From NCBI RefSeq assembly GCF_018977255.1, contig NW_024704742.1:71612001-71676000 (forward strand): a stretch of DNA of 64,000 nucleotides, in the 5' to 3' direction. This DNA is from Callorhinchus milii (Eukaryota). Of this stretch, positions 12,590-24,974 are shown one piece after another. The position numbers and the translations under genes were made by a program. Numbering within the stretch: position 1 is the first letter of the stretch; every line of letters starts with the position of its first letter. The notes under the pieces are model-generated. The model saw only the letters and a list, made by a program, of their open reading frames with translations, was not told the DNA's origin and did not search any database.

Positions 12590-12910
12590 ATCAACCTGTC
12601 CGTTCCCTCCGCTCAGCAGGCTCCAGCCTCCTCCATGTCTCCCACCTGGCCTGCCCCACCATCGGCAGTCGGGCCTCCAGCTTCTCTATCCCCAACCTTT
12701 GGAACTTCATCCCACAGTCCCTTTGCCTTGCTCCCTCCCTTGCCTCCTTCAAGGCATGTCTCAAGACCCTCCTCTTCAACCTCACCTTCGATCACCTTCC
12801 TACCCCCACCCTCCACCCCTCGTGATCCCAGCCCCCAGCTCGGGTCCAAATACCTGACAGTCCAGTATCTTGGGATTCCTCCCGACGTGAAAGGTGCTAT
12901 ATAAATGTAA
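12590..12910 (+). mobile_element. L2 LINE 3' fragment
   Basis: YQPVRSLRSAGSSLLHV..PTIGSRASSFSIPNLWN..SLASFKACLKTLLF, then L2 tail. Confidence 0.85.
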
Positions 12911-13987
12911 TTCGTTGATATTGTTATTATTCCTTTAACATTAAATGGAGAGTGTGGGTTGGAATGATGGTGGGATCCTTTGCTTTTCCTTGGCTCGGAA
13001 CATTGCTTTTCCCTGTAACATTCCAACGTTCCTGGTTAGTAAGTTCCCTCACCAAAAAATAATCCCTCTTTTTGCATATTTCAGCCGAAATTTCCCTGGC
13101 TCAACAAATGTAGAGTGAAAGTTCCTTGGATTGGGAAAGGATTTGGGTACATCCCAGTTTCATCAAATGGGAAACAGCTGCTGGGATTTTAAGTGGAGGT
13201 TTGGAAAGAGCGTGGGTTTTGCTGGGAAGTACTTGCCAACATTGCAAGATTCCTGCAAGAGAAATTCCCAACTAGATTCAGATCTGAATTCACTGTTTTC
13301 TCAGCTCTTCGAAGCAGTCGGAGTTTCACAAATCGCTGAATTCATCCCTAATATTCCTTTTATTTGACAAGAGTGCTTTTCAGGTCGAGAGGACGTCTCT
13401 AAAGTGCTTCACAGGATTCACTGTAAAGCGTGGTGACGGTGTTTTTAGGCAAACGTGGCAGCGAATTTGCACACAGCAATGTCCCATAAACAGATGTGAC
13501 GTGAATAAGCACAGTGGTTGGTGAGAACCAAGGCTTTGGGAACTTGAGAGTGTGTAACTGCTCGAGTCTAACCAGCAAAAACCACATCGCTGGTTAAACT
13601 CTAGTAGTTAGTCCCCCAGCCCCTCCCTCCACTCCTCACACACACTCTGGGGTCAGCAAGTCTTTTCCCAATGTGAGAAGTGGGAGAGGTTAGAGGGAAT
13701 CTCCTCACTCAGAGGCTTGTTGGGGTTTGGGATTCATTCCCACGAGCAGCCACTGAGGCCGGATCAATAGAACTGCTCAAAAGAGAACAGGATAAACAGC
13801 TGAGCCGTGAAAACATTCAGGACAACAACTTGGCTTATATACACCATCTTCACAGGGCCTAGAGTCTCAGAGTGCTCAGGACATGCGGAGAGAGAGAGAA
13901 GGAGAAGGGATATGGGGAGATAGAAAGAGAGCAGAGAGAACAGGGAGAGACATGGGGAGAGCGGGGGGTACGTGGAGAAAGAAAGAA

Positions 13988-14452
13988 ATAATAATCATAA
14001 TCCTTGCATTTGATATACCTCCCTCTCGCATTGTTGAGACATCTCAAAGTGCTTCACAGGATGCGCTGTAAAGTGTAGTGACTGTGTATTTTGTGGGCGA
14101 AACACCACAGCCATTTGTGCACAGCAGAGTCCCACAAATAACCGTGGATTGAGTGACCACATTTTATTTGCGCGATTGTTGGCCAGGACACCAAGAGAGA
14201 AAGACTCCTTCCTCTTTTCCAATAGCATCACGGGATCTTTAACAATTAGAACAGGCGGACGGGACCTCGGTTTAATGTTCATTCGAAGAATGACACCTCT
14301 GGCAATGCAACACCCACCCAGCACTGCACTGGAGTGTCTTGGATTCACATTCACAGGACTTGGATTCACATGTGAATCTAAGCCTGACATGGGGCTTGAA
14401 CCCACAAACCTCTGACTCAAAGGCAAGAACGTTACCACTGAGCCCGGCTGAC
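13988..14452 (-). mobile_element. family B (Deu-core) SINE, near full length; other copies near 2240-2600(-), 22720-23125(+), 28905-29320(+), 31430-31825(-), 38400-38780(+)
   Basis: Head gtcagccgggctcagtggtaac..gagtcagaggtttgtgggttcaagcccc, Deu-like core, tail shared with family A. Confidence 0.8.
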
Positions 14453-14749
14453 TCATCTACTGGGTATAACATGTCCTGACTCAGAGGAGATAGTGCTGAC
14501 ACAGGATATGGGGAGAGAGAGAGAGACAGAAAGTGGTGGGTCATGGGGAGAGAGAGAAATAATAATAATAATAATCCTTACATTTGATACAGCACCTTAT
14601 CACATCTTTTAGACGTCTCAAAGCCCTTCATAGGATATACTGTAAAGTAAATTGACTGTGTATTTTGTGGGTGAAACGAGAAAAAAGAGAGCTGGGACAT
14701 GGAGAGAGAGAGAAAGAAAGATGCAAAACGGTGAAAGAAAGAGCTGGAA

Positions 14750-14784
<35 letters not shown>

Positions 14785-15219
14785 GGGATGTGGGTTAATA
14801 AAACCAGACAATGTAAAAAGAAAAGGCGGAGCGGGGAGTGAATGCCGGGGGGTGAAAGGCCTCTCTCCTGGGCTCCCATTATCATCAAAGCCCATGTCTC
14901 CCAGCAGCGTCAAAGCCATTTGAGTGGTGGGTGCGGATGGCAAACAGCGCTCCAGAGTCTCGCATCAAAAACACAAGAAAAAAGAGTCGGGAATCTGTCC
15001 GGGAGGGAGGGAGTGCGGGCAGTAACTGGGAGCAGATGGTGAATTTGAGACGGTAATTTAATCCCAGGTTTAGAGCGGCAAACAGAAACCCAGGGCCCTT
15101 TAGGTTGTTTGTGGTTGTGTCAAAGCCTGGCTCTGACCAGCGCTGCCTGGCTCACACAAGCCTTCCAAAGCTTTGACACAACAGTCAGACCTAGTGTCCT
15201 GGACAGGGCGTTCACAAAG

Positions 15220-15725
15220 TCCAGTTACTATTCAAGTGCCATACTCGCTGGTCTTCCAGGCTCCACCATCCACAAAATCCAGCTAATCCAAACTCTGTCA
15301 TCACACCAGTCCTAGCCAGGCTCCACTGGCTCACTATCGTCGAACGGATCGATTTTAAGATCCTCACACTCGATTTCAAATCCCTTCATGTCCTGGCACC
15401 TCTCTGACCTGGTTACCCCCCAACCCACAACCCGTTGCCTCCGCTCAACAGTCTCCACTCTCCTTGTCTCTCGTGCCCTCCGTTCCACTATCGGTGGCCG
15501 TGCTTTCAGCCACTATGCCCCAAAATGCTGGAACACTCTTCCTCTATCTCTCTGTCATGCCCCTTCCTTCCCGATCTTCAGGTCGCACCTGAAGACCTTC
15601 TTCTTTGACTGTGCCTACGGTCACCTCCCCCTCTCTCCAGCTCAGTGTCGTGCTCCACTACTGTTAAGCGCTCTGGGACGCTACCTTGCATGAGGGGGTG
15701 TTGTGTAAATGTCCCATTGGTGGTG
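15220..15725 (+). mobile_element. L2 LINE 3' fragment
   Basis: LAGLPGSTIHKIQLIQ..LHW..; STIGGRAFSHYAPKCWNTLP..FRSHLKTFFF. Confidence 0.85.
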
Positions 15726-15982
15726 GTGTTTTTTTTCCTATAATGCACTGGACCGACAACTACAAGAACAGCTTGCAATTATGTAGCGCCCCTCACACAG
15801 GGTGGTGTCCCAGAGCGCTCGACAGTAGCGGAATCCGACAAAGAGCGGACAGGAGGGGGAGGTGACTCTAAGCACGGTCAAAGAGGAAGGTCTTCAGGGG
15901 TAATCTAAAAGAGGGGAAGGAGGGGGCAAGGCAGCAGAATTGAGGGAAAGAGTTCCTGAAACTGAACAACTGAAACGTGGAA

Positions 15983-16328
15983 TAATAATAATCCTTGCAT
16001 TTGATAAAGAACCTTATCATGTCATTGAGACGTCTCAAAGACCTTCACAGAATATATTGTAAAGTGGAGTGACTGTGTATTTTGTGGGCGAAATGCAGCA
16101 GCCAATTGCGCACAGCAGCGTCCCACAAACAGTCGTGGATTGAGTGACCATATTGTTTTTTGAAGGGATTATTACCCCCGGAAAGCGAACCGTCAATTGA
16201 CTAACAACTGGGTTTCTACTTACTGCTGGGTAAACAGAAACTTGCCTAAGGTTTTGCCCGCCCGGAAATGAAATCCGGGTCCTATCGCTTGCGAGGCAAA
16301 CGCGCTAACCACTACACTAGGGGACTCC
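15983..16328 (-). mobile_element. family A SINE, full length
   Basis: Reverse complement of head, core and tail. Confidence 0.85.
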
Positions 16329-18649
16329 AGATTGATGACAGTTGTATTTAAAAGTATTTAACTGTAGTCAGTACAAGTGTTTAACTGTATTTAGATGTCC
16401 AGAGGATCGGTGTGAGTGAGCGCCATCATTTTCATGGCAGATAATTATCAGATCCGTCTCCATGTTGGGTGACATCTTCAGTAACATGGATGGAGTGAGG
16501 AGGAAGTTAATGGTGTCAGACATTGCTACACTCGACTCATCTGCAACGGAAAATAAAAATTCATTGCAAGAAAAAAAAACCCTGTACAGTGGACAATGCC
16601 TGTTAAACTCGATCCTCTGGGGAGTCAGTGGAGCCGGGTGAGGATGAGGGTGATCAGCTCTCGGAGTTTGGAAAATTCTTAAATTCAGATACAATTTGAT
16701 ATCAGATATAGTGACCGTCTCACCCTGTTCCTTCCCCATCTCCCCCACCCTGCCTTCCGCCCACCCACTCTTGACTTTCTTAACTAATTTTCCATAATCC
16801 GGCTGCTTTAAACTACTAGGCTGAGGGGGAGGCTGAGGGATTGTGGTCCCATAAGCCATCATTACGATCCTAAACCCAGGACCCCAGAGTTTACAGAAAT
16901 GCTTATTGTGTATGCAACATATCAGCCCCAGCAGCCCATCGTTTAATAGATAAATAGCCCACGTTATAAACCGTGATTAAAATACTAATGGATTGAAAAT
17001 TAGAATCAATCTCCTTGGAGATACAAAAGCTACAGCATGCGGTGTGATTAGAACCATAACCATAGAACAAAATATATGAGCGAGACGCGCACACACACAT
17101 GCGCTCACACAAGGACTTGCTCGCAAACGCACACACACGTACATATACACCCACATACATACTCCCAATCCCCCCCATTCTCTAAGCCCCCCCCCCACCC
17201 ACCCACCTCAGAGGTTTGAAATGTCTTTCCACCATTGGACGGAGCCTCCAACTATGTGGTGCTCTCTCCCCCCAACACTGTACTGGAGCATCCAACCTGG
17301 ACTGTGAGCTCAAAGTCCCCGACTTTCTGGCTCAGAGTTCAGAGTCTTATTGATTGAGCCGGGCTGACATCCCATAGACAGAGAAAAACAGTGATGGAAA
17401 AGTGACTGAAGGCAAGATCGAAGAGGAGGGCCTTGAGACGGGCCTTGAAGGAGGCAAAGTTGATAGAGAGTTAAAGAGAAATAGAGAGAGATAGAGAGAT
17501 AGACAGACGGACAAATACAGATTTGGGGAGATTCGGGCTGGGTATCAGGTAGACCATAACAATTAGAACTGTCACCTGCACAGTGCGGCGCAGCGTTCGA
17601 AGGGTTAACACATCTGTTAGGAAAGGCAGTCCCGCTGGCTGGAGGGAGGTTATAAATCGGTTCTATTCATGGACTGTAAAGCTTTGCAGGGGTAAAAAAA
17701 AAACTTCAAAATCATTAAAGATGCAAATGGAGGAAACATATATATGCCAGTGGCTGACAGAAGCCATTGCACACACATTGGCCAGTGGCTCACTGCAGCT
17801 CACAGCAATTAGTGCACAGCACACATTGCTTCACAGGACAGAAAATTGTTTGCAGATTTGGAGCCGGGTTTGATTTGGGAGGCTGACATGCTCTACCTGT
17901 GGGTTCCCTGCGGCCTGGATTAGAAACATATTTATACCCCCCTTCCCTCTCCCTCCCCCCTGCCATTCCCTCAGTTCCCAAACGCTTACACAGTCACTTT
18001 CCATTACAGGAGAAAGAGTGGAGTGGAGCACTTCTGTTTGTCTCACTCTCTCTCCATCACACTCTCTCTCCATCAGTCCGCACGCCCATCCATCCATCTG
18101 CCCTATCTATCTGTCTGTCTGTCCCTTTGTCCGTCCATCGTCCATCCATCTGTCTGTCTATTTTTTTTTGGTTCTCTTTCGCTTTTATTCTTACATCATT
18201 CTTTCTCTTTTCTTTCTTTTGTTCCTTCCCTCTCTCTCTTTCAATCTTTCATTCCTTCATCCCTTTTCTCTCTTTCTGTCTTTCATTTCCTCTCTCTCTT
18301 TTTATTTTTCGGTCCTTCTCTCATTCTTTATCTTTCATTTCTTCTCTCTCTCCCTTCCTATCTTTCATTCTTTCTCTCTCTCTATCTATCTTTCATTCCT
18401 TCTCTCCCTCTCTCTCTGTCTTATTGAATTACACAGTAGCTGTTGTGTGTGTGTGTGTGTGTCTGGCTCTGACCCGTGCAGTCTGTCAGGAGGCCAGAAG
18501 TATAACATGGAGACATGTCAGCTGGGGTGCGGGGAGCTTTATAGACTGGAATCAGGACACGATGTTCTGACACATCTCTGTGTGGAGACATTGGCCATGT
18601 CAGCTCACTTTAGCAAAAACACAAGCCTGTATCACAGAGACACTTCAAC

Positions 18650-19810
18650 GTGTCAGCCCACTCAGTGTGTGTGTCAGCCCGGCTCAGTGTGTGTGTCAGC
18701 CCGGCTCAGTGTGTGTCAGCCCGGCTCGGTGTATGTCAGCCCGGCTCAGTGTGTGTGTCAGCCCGGCTCAGTGTGTGTCAGCCCGGCTCAGTGTGTGTCA
18801 GCCCGACTCGGTGTGTGTCAGCCCGGCTCAGTGTGTGTGTCAGCCCGGCTCAGTGTGTGTGTGTCAGCCCGGCTCAGCGTGTGTCAGCCCGGCTCAGTGT
18901 GTGTCAGCCCGGCTCAGTGTGTGTGTGTCAGCCCGGCTCAGAGTGTGTCAGCCCGGCTCAGTATGTGTGTCAGCCCGGCTCAGTGTGAGTCAGCCCGGCT
19001 CAGTGTGTGTCAGCCCGGCTCGTGTGTGTGTCAGCCCGGCTCAGTGTGTGTGTCAGCCCGGCTCAGTGTGTGTCAGCCCGGCTGTGTGTGTGTCAGCCCG
19101 GCTCAGTGTGTGTCAGCCCGGCTCAGTGTGTGTGTGTCCGCCTGGCTGTGTGTGTGTCAGCCCGGCTCAGTGTGTGTGTCAGCCCGGCTCAGTGTGTGTC
19201 AGCCCGGCTCGGTGTATGTCAGCCCGGCTCAGTGTGTGTCAGCCCGGCTCAGTGTGTGTGTGTCAGCCCGGCTCAGTGTGTGTCAGCCCGGCTCAGTGTG
19301 TGTCAGCCCGGCTCAGTGTGTGTCAGCCCGGCTCAGCGTGTGTCAGCCTGGCTGTGTGTGTGTCAGCCCGGCTGTGTGTGTGTCAGCCCGGCTCAGTGTG
19401 TGTCAGCCTGGCTGTGTGTGTGTCAGCCCGGCTCAGTGTGTGTCAGCCTGGCTGTGTGTGTGTCAGCCCGGCTCAGTGTGTGTGTCAGCCCGGCTCAGTG
19501 TGTGTCAGCCCGGCTCAGTGTATGTCAGCCCGGCTCAGTGTGTGTCAGCCTGGCTCAGTGTGTGTGTCAGCCCGGCTCAGTGTGTGTCAGCCCGGCTCAG
19601 TGTGTGTCAGCCCGGCTCAGTGTGTGTCAGCCTGGCTGTGTGTGTGTCAGCCCGGCTCAGTGTGTGTGTCAGCTCGGCTCAGTACGTGTCAGCCCGGTTC
19701 AGTGTGTGTCTGCCCGGCTCAGTATGTGTGTCAGCCCGGTTCAGTGCGTGTCAGTCCGGCTCGGTGTGTGTCAGCCCGGCTCAGTGTGTGTCAGCCGGCT
19801 CAATGTGTGT
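18650..19810. repeat. minisatellite, unit tcagcccggctcag plus variable (TG)n (about 20-24 bp), roughly 50 copies
   Basis: Direct inspection; lack of stops explains the 629/424/275-aa Cys-Val-rich pseudo-ORFs. Confidence 0.97.
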
Positions 19811-20120
19811 TGGCCCAGATTGGTGTGTGTGTGACACAGGGAGGGAACGAATGAGGGGAGATGGGGAACGAGAGAAGAGAGGGTGGGAACAAGGGAAGAA
19901 GGAATGAGGGCATGGAGGGAACAAGGGAATAGAGGGAGGGAAAGAGAGGAAAGAGGGAGGGAACTAGGGCAGAGAGGGAGGGAACAAGAAAAGACAGAAA
20001 ACAAGAGGAGAGAGGAAACGAGAGGAGAGGGAATGAGAGGAGAGAGGTGATGGACCATAGCGGCACTGTGTAAGTTGTTGCTATGTTTTGAGCCAGAGGC
20101 CAGCTGTTGAATGACTATTT

Positions 20121-20476
20121 GGAGTCCTGTAGCTCAGTGGTTAGAACGCTTGCCTCGCAAGCGAAAGGACCCGGATTTGATTCCCGGACAGGGGAAACCT
20201 TAGGCAAGTTTCCTTACTCCATGCGGTTCTGTTTACCCAGCAGTAAGTAGGACCTTGGTTTGTAGTTGCTTTCCGGGGGTAATAATCCCTCCAAAGTAAA
20301 TAAATACATAATTTAGCTACTCAATCCACGACTGTTTGTGGCTCTGCTCAATTGGCTGCCATATTTTGCCCACAAAATACAGTCAATACACTTTACAGTA
20401 CATTCTGTGAAGCGCTTTTAGATGTCTGAACGACTTGATAGGGCTATGTATGTAATGCAAGGCTTATTATTATTAT
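20121..20476 (+). mobile_element. family A SINE, full length
   Basis: ggagtcctgtagctcagtggttagaacgc..gattcccgg head, core and tail. Confidence 0.88.
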
Positions 20477-21009
20477 GATTGGTGAGCAAGTGAGCCAGAG
20501 TGAGTAGAGTAAGGAGCAGAGGGAGTCCCAGGGTCTGAGTTGGGTTTGTGTGTGGAGCAGACTATGTGCAGAGAGTGAATTATTGGCTATTTAGAAGCAG
20601 AGCAAGATCCCTGCCCTCTGGCTAGGTGTGCCTTTCCCCCATGTGGCCAGTCGGACGCCCATGTGAACTTGTAATCTTTTATGGGATTTCTCTAAAATAT
20701 GCTCCATAAAAAGCGCCACATGCTTCATTATAATTCATTCCCCAAAGGCCTGTGCTCCATAAAACTTCTTCCCCACTGTTTATTACTGGTTTAGAAACAG
20801 TTTGACACCTCGGGTGGACTCCCACAGCAACGGTTGGGGGTGGGGATATGTGGGGGTAGGGGGGGGGGTGCTGTAGGTGGGGGGCAGTGGGGGAGATGGG
20901 GCAGTGGGGGAAAGGGAGGACAGAATCAATCAGGGAGCTCCAGGGAGCTCGATTGTCAAGCAACCGCCATTCGCCTCAAACAGCCAAGAGCGAACAATAA
21001 TAAGAATTA

Positions 21010-21361
21010 GAATAATAATAATCCTTGCATTTGATACAGCGCCTTATCACGTCATGGTAACGTCTCAAAGCGCTTTGCAGAATATACTGTAAAGTGAATT
21101 GACTGTATGTTTTGTGGGCGAAACGCGACAGCCAATTGCGCACAGCAGGACCCACAAACAGTCATGGTTGCGTGATCATGTTATAATTTTATTGAGGGAT
21201 TATTATCCATGGAAAGCGAACCGCCAATCGATTAACAAGCGGGTTCCTACTTGCTACTGGGTAAACAGAGGCGTGTGGAGTAAGAAAATTTGCCTAAGGG
21301 AATTGAACCAGGGTCCTCTCGCTTGCCGGGCGAGTGCGCTAACCACTACGCTACAGGACTC
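21010..21361 (-). mobile_element. family A SINE, full length; further minus copies near 27650-27971, 29540-29908, 38935-39307, 44548-44882, 46015-46342, 57813-58135
   Basis: Reverse complement of the family A consensus. Confidence 0.85.
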
Positions 21362-21599
21362 TGGAATTTAGCTCTTATCTCCTTCACGGCCAATCTCAAG
21401 ATCTTCCTTTTCGACGGTGCCTTCGGTCATCTTCCCTCCTCAGTTCTCATTGCCTTCAAGCCCTCTCTGATATCAACCCCCAGCTTGAGTGCAAACCCTT
21501 CATTGTCCAGTGCCTTGGCACTTTCTTCCCATCACACAAAAGTAATAAAATAAATGTTCACAATACCTTTCTGCCCTTGTTATTTTTTCCTCTACTGAA

Positions 21600-22390
21600 A
21601 CAGGGAATTAACTGCAAGATTGGGAAGGGTTTGACACAGTCTGGTGGAAATGATAGGATTCTCAACTCAAAGAAAAGGAGTGAGGATTGCTGATGAGGAA
21701 ACTCTGAGGTTTGGGGCGACAGCTGCTGGAAAGCATTTCCTTGAGTCCGAGTTTGTGAACAAACGTTCGTACATCCGGCGCCTGGAATCCACCCTCATGG
21801 GCCGGCAGGGAGGCATCGCTCAATGGGAAGGGACTTGTGACCGAACCGCGCTCAGGAACATGGTGGCAATGCTCCTACGCATTTCATGCTGAGCTGTGTT
21901 GCTCACGAGCAAGCTTGCAGGGAGTTCCTGGTACCTACGATCTACCTAGTGAGGGTTTAAACCAAAGCAGTGGGAAAGCTTGCCATGCAGTGCTCTCAAT
22001 AGCAAGTTATGTGGTTTTAGCTGGTTAGACTCCAGCAATAAATCCATGCTCTGGGGTCCCCAGGCCTTGGGTCTTGCCAACCCACGCCTGTTACTTCCAG
22101 AAATTAGGTAATCAGGGTGCGTCCCTCCAGGGAGGGAGGGCACATTCCATTCCAGACACAGAGAAATTGTTCAGGTGGCAGTAGGATGGAAGGAATTCTC
22201 AGTTTGATTGGAGACTCTTAAGCAGTGAGGGGTTTTCACATGTGTCACACCAGCTGATCACGGTGATGGGTTTCTGTGTGTGTCAGACACCCGGCTGATC
22301 ACAATGATGGGTTTCCATGTGTGTCAGACACCCGACTGATCACGGTGATGGGTTTCTGTGTTTGTCAGACACCCGACTGAACAAAGAAAA
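21600..22390 (+). mobile_element. family X repeat with the longest 5' extension, internal deletion and tandemly amplified 3' end
   Basis: 21925-21962 matches 23902-23940 of another copy; the ~41-bp 3' terminal unit is repeated about 4 times at 22225-22390. The 5' boundary is uncertain. Confidence 0.6.
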
Positions 22391-24974
22391 GTATGAAATA
22401 CAAGTTAATATATCTTTTTCAAAGTTACTTTGGTATTTGATGGAGCATCTACATTGTTGAAGCATCTCAAAACATTTTTTTCCTAGAAAGTGTAGTAACT
22501 GTGTAGTTTGTAGGCAAGCACAGCAGCCAATTTCCTCACAGCAACAGCAAAAAGCAACTTGCGTTTACATAGCGTCCTTCATGCGGGGTAGTGTCCTGGA
22601 GCGCACATCAACATCCCATAAACAGCCGTGAAGTGAATGATCAATTTCATCCAAGGGATTTTTGGCCAGAGAGAGAGAAACTCTCTCCTCTTTTCCCAAT
22701 AGCGCCGTAGGATCCTTTTGGTGCAGTGGTAGCACACTGGCCTCTGAGTCAGAAGGTTATGGGTCAAACCCCATGTCAGGACTTGAACTCAGTGTGTGCT
22801 GTGTTGTTGGAGGTGCCGTCCTTTGGATGAGATGTTAAACCGAGGTCCCATCTGCCTGTTCAGGTAGACGTTAAAGATCCGATGGCACTATTCGAAAAAA
22901 GAAGGTAGTTTCTCTCCACTGGTGTCCTGGCCAACGATCCCCCAGATAAAATTTGTCATTCACTCCATGGCTGTTTGTGGGACACTGTTGCGAACAAACT
23001 GGCTGCAGCATTTCGCCCACAAAACACACAGTTGCTCCATTTCACAGTAAATCCTGTGAAGCACCTGGGCACATCCTCCCAGTGTGATAAGGTACTATGC
23101 CAAATACAAGGATTATTATTGGTGTTATTGTTATTATCTTTAACATCTGCCTGATCAGTCAGCCTTTCTCTCATGCTGGTATTAAACTCAGGGAGGGTGG
23201 TAGATGGTGGTGGTGGTGGTTGGGGAGGGGGCGGGGGCGTGATGCATTGGCATGGAGGAGTTAACACAGCCTGGTCTCATGTGTGCTGTAAATCTGCTAT
23301 AAGATATTTTGGACCTCTGAACCCCCTCCCCTCCTTCCCCTCTCCCCAGAGACTCATACTCTGTCCTGCTACAGAATACAGGACGTATATAATGTCTAAT
23401 GAGGCTGTAACTCGCTCGCTCTGGCCTGGGAGGTAATTTACAGCCCCTGGCCTCTTCAGCAAGGTTTGGCAAGTGTTCAGTAACTTGCACTCTCACTGTT
23501 GGAGTCCCCACACTTTTCCAGGTCCCTACGTCGCCAGTCAGCCAGCCCATGCCTATTGTTCTCTGTTTATACGCTTGCAGAGCCAGGCTGGTCTTTAAGG
23601 ATTATTTATGGGTTATAGTGGGCGCTGTATGTGGGTTTTATTATTCTCAACGCTCTGTGTTTCCAGATATTCTCAGCAACCTGCAGCATGTCACAGAGTA
23701 ATACAGAGTAACACTGAGAAGGTTATATAATAATAATAATCCTTGCATTTGGTAAAGCACCTTATCATGTTGTTGAGGCGTCTCAAAGCGTTTCACAGAA
23801 TATATTGTAAAGGGAATTGGCTCTCTATATTGTGGGTGTCCCACAAACAGTCTTGGAGTGTGGATAGTCGTGGATGTACTATAGCACTGAGTAACACTGA
23901 GCTCCTGGTACCTACCATCCACCTAGTGAGGGCTCAAACCTCCGATTGTCGGATCTCAATTGACCGACAAGTGAGTATCCTCCTTGAGTGGGTGTTGGGG
24001 CGGGAGGAGGGTAGCAGGGTCTCCTTGGGGTTGAATTGGTAACAAGTTTGGCAATGTCAGAATCAAGTCCACTCTCTGTTATGCTCTCTAGTCCGGTTCC
24101 TGAGCCAGGTGGGTCCACAGTATTCAGTTTCTCCCACAAAATACACAGTCACTCCACTTTACAGTATATTTTGTGAAGAGATTTGAAAGGTCTCGAGAAC
24201 CTGATAAGGCCTATATCAAATGCAAAGATGATTGTTATTATTACTCCAGCGCACTACTGATAACAGGACACCTCAGCCTGGCTCATCAGCAGGACCTGGC
24301 GGGTCAGAACAGTTACTGCTCTTGCTCTCTCACTCTCTCTGTATTGCCAAGTCAATCCACTTCACAGTACATTCTGAGATGTCTGAACAACGTCATAAGG
24401 CGCTATATCAAATGCAAGAAATATTATTAGTATAATTACGGGTCGCTACATTAAATGCAAGTTTAGTTATTGTTATCCTGGTTTTCCAGAAATTCCCACC
24501 TGCCCCTCCCCCACTACCTATGCCCGCTCCCCCCACCCCCATCCATTCACAGACACACCACACATCGCTCTCCTTCCCGTCTCCAGATGTGTGAACATTG
24601 AGACTCAGTCCAGATGTTCACAGCAGGTGGGCTTTGTGTGTTATACCACAGAAAGAAAGAGAGAGAGAGCGAAGGAAGGAAATATATATATATATACATA
24701 TATATTTATGTTATATACACGTATATATTTCCCGAAAACCAGGATAACAATAACTAAACTTGCATTTAGTGTAGTGATATTAGTTAATCGATTCGGGGAT
24801 AATAATCCCTCAACAAAATAATAATCATTTGGTCACTCAATCCATGACTGTTTGTGGGACACTGATGTGCACAATTGGCTGCCACGTTTCGACAACAAAT
24901 ATACAGTTAATCCACTTTACAGTGTATTCTGTGAAGCACTTTGAGACGTCTCAACGACGTGATAAGGTGCTATA

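Noticed and set aside
18018..19907. 629-, 424- and 275-aa Cys/Val-rich ORFs resembling keratin-associated or metallothionein-like proteins
   Set aside because: All three frames are open because the minisatellite unit lacks stop codons; no splice or codon evidence.
20121..20200. tRNA genes at this and similar loci
   Set aside because: They are SINE heads: degenerate acceptor stems, continuing directly into SINE core and tail.
21690..21725. Hammerhead ribozyme core (CTGATGA..GAAA), also ctgatga in other family X copies
   Set aside because: No proper stem II before GAAA and no stems I/III; in other copies ctgatga is paired within an ordinary hairpin.
21644..21892. 82-aa ORF in the 5' extension of family X as a LINE ORF2 C-terminus
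   Set aside because: No recognisable RT, endonuclease or zinc-knuckle motif; in-frame stop just upstream. Needs a profile search.
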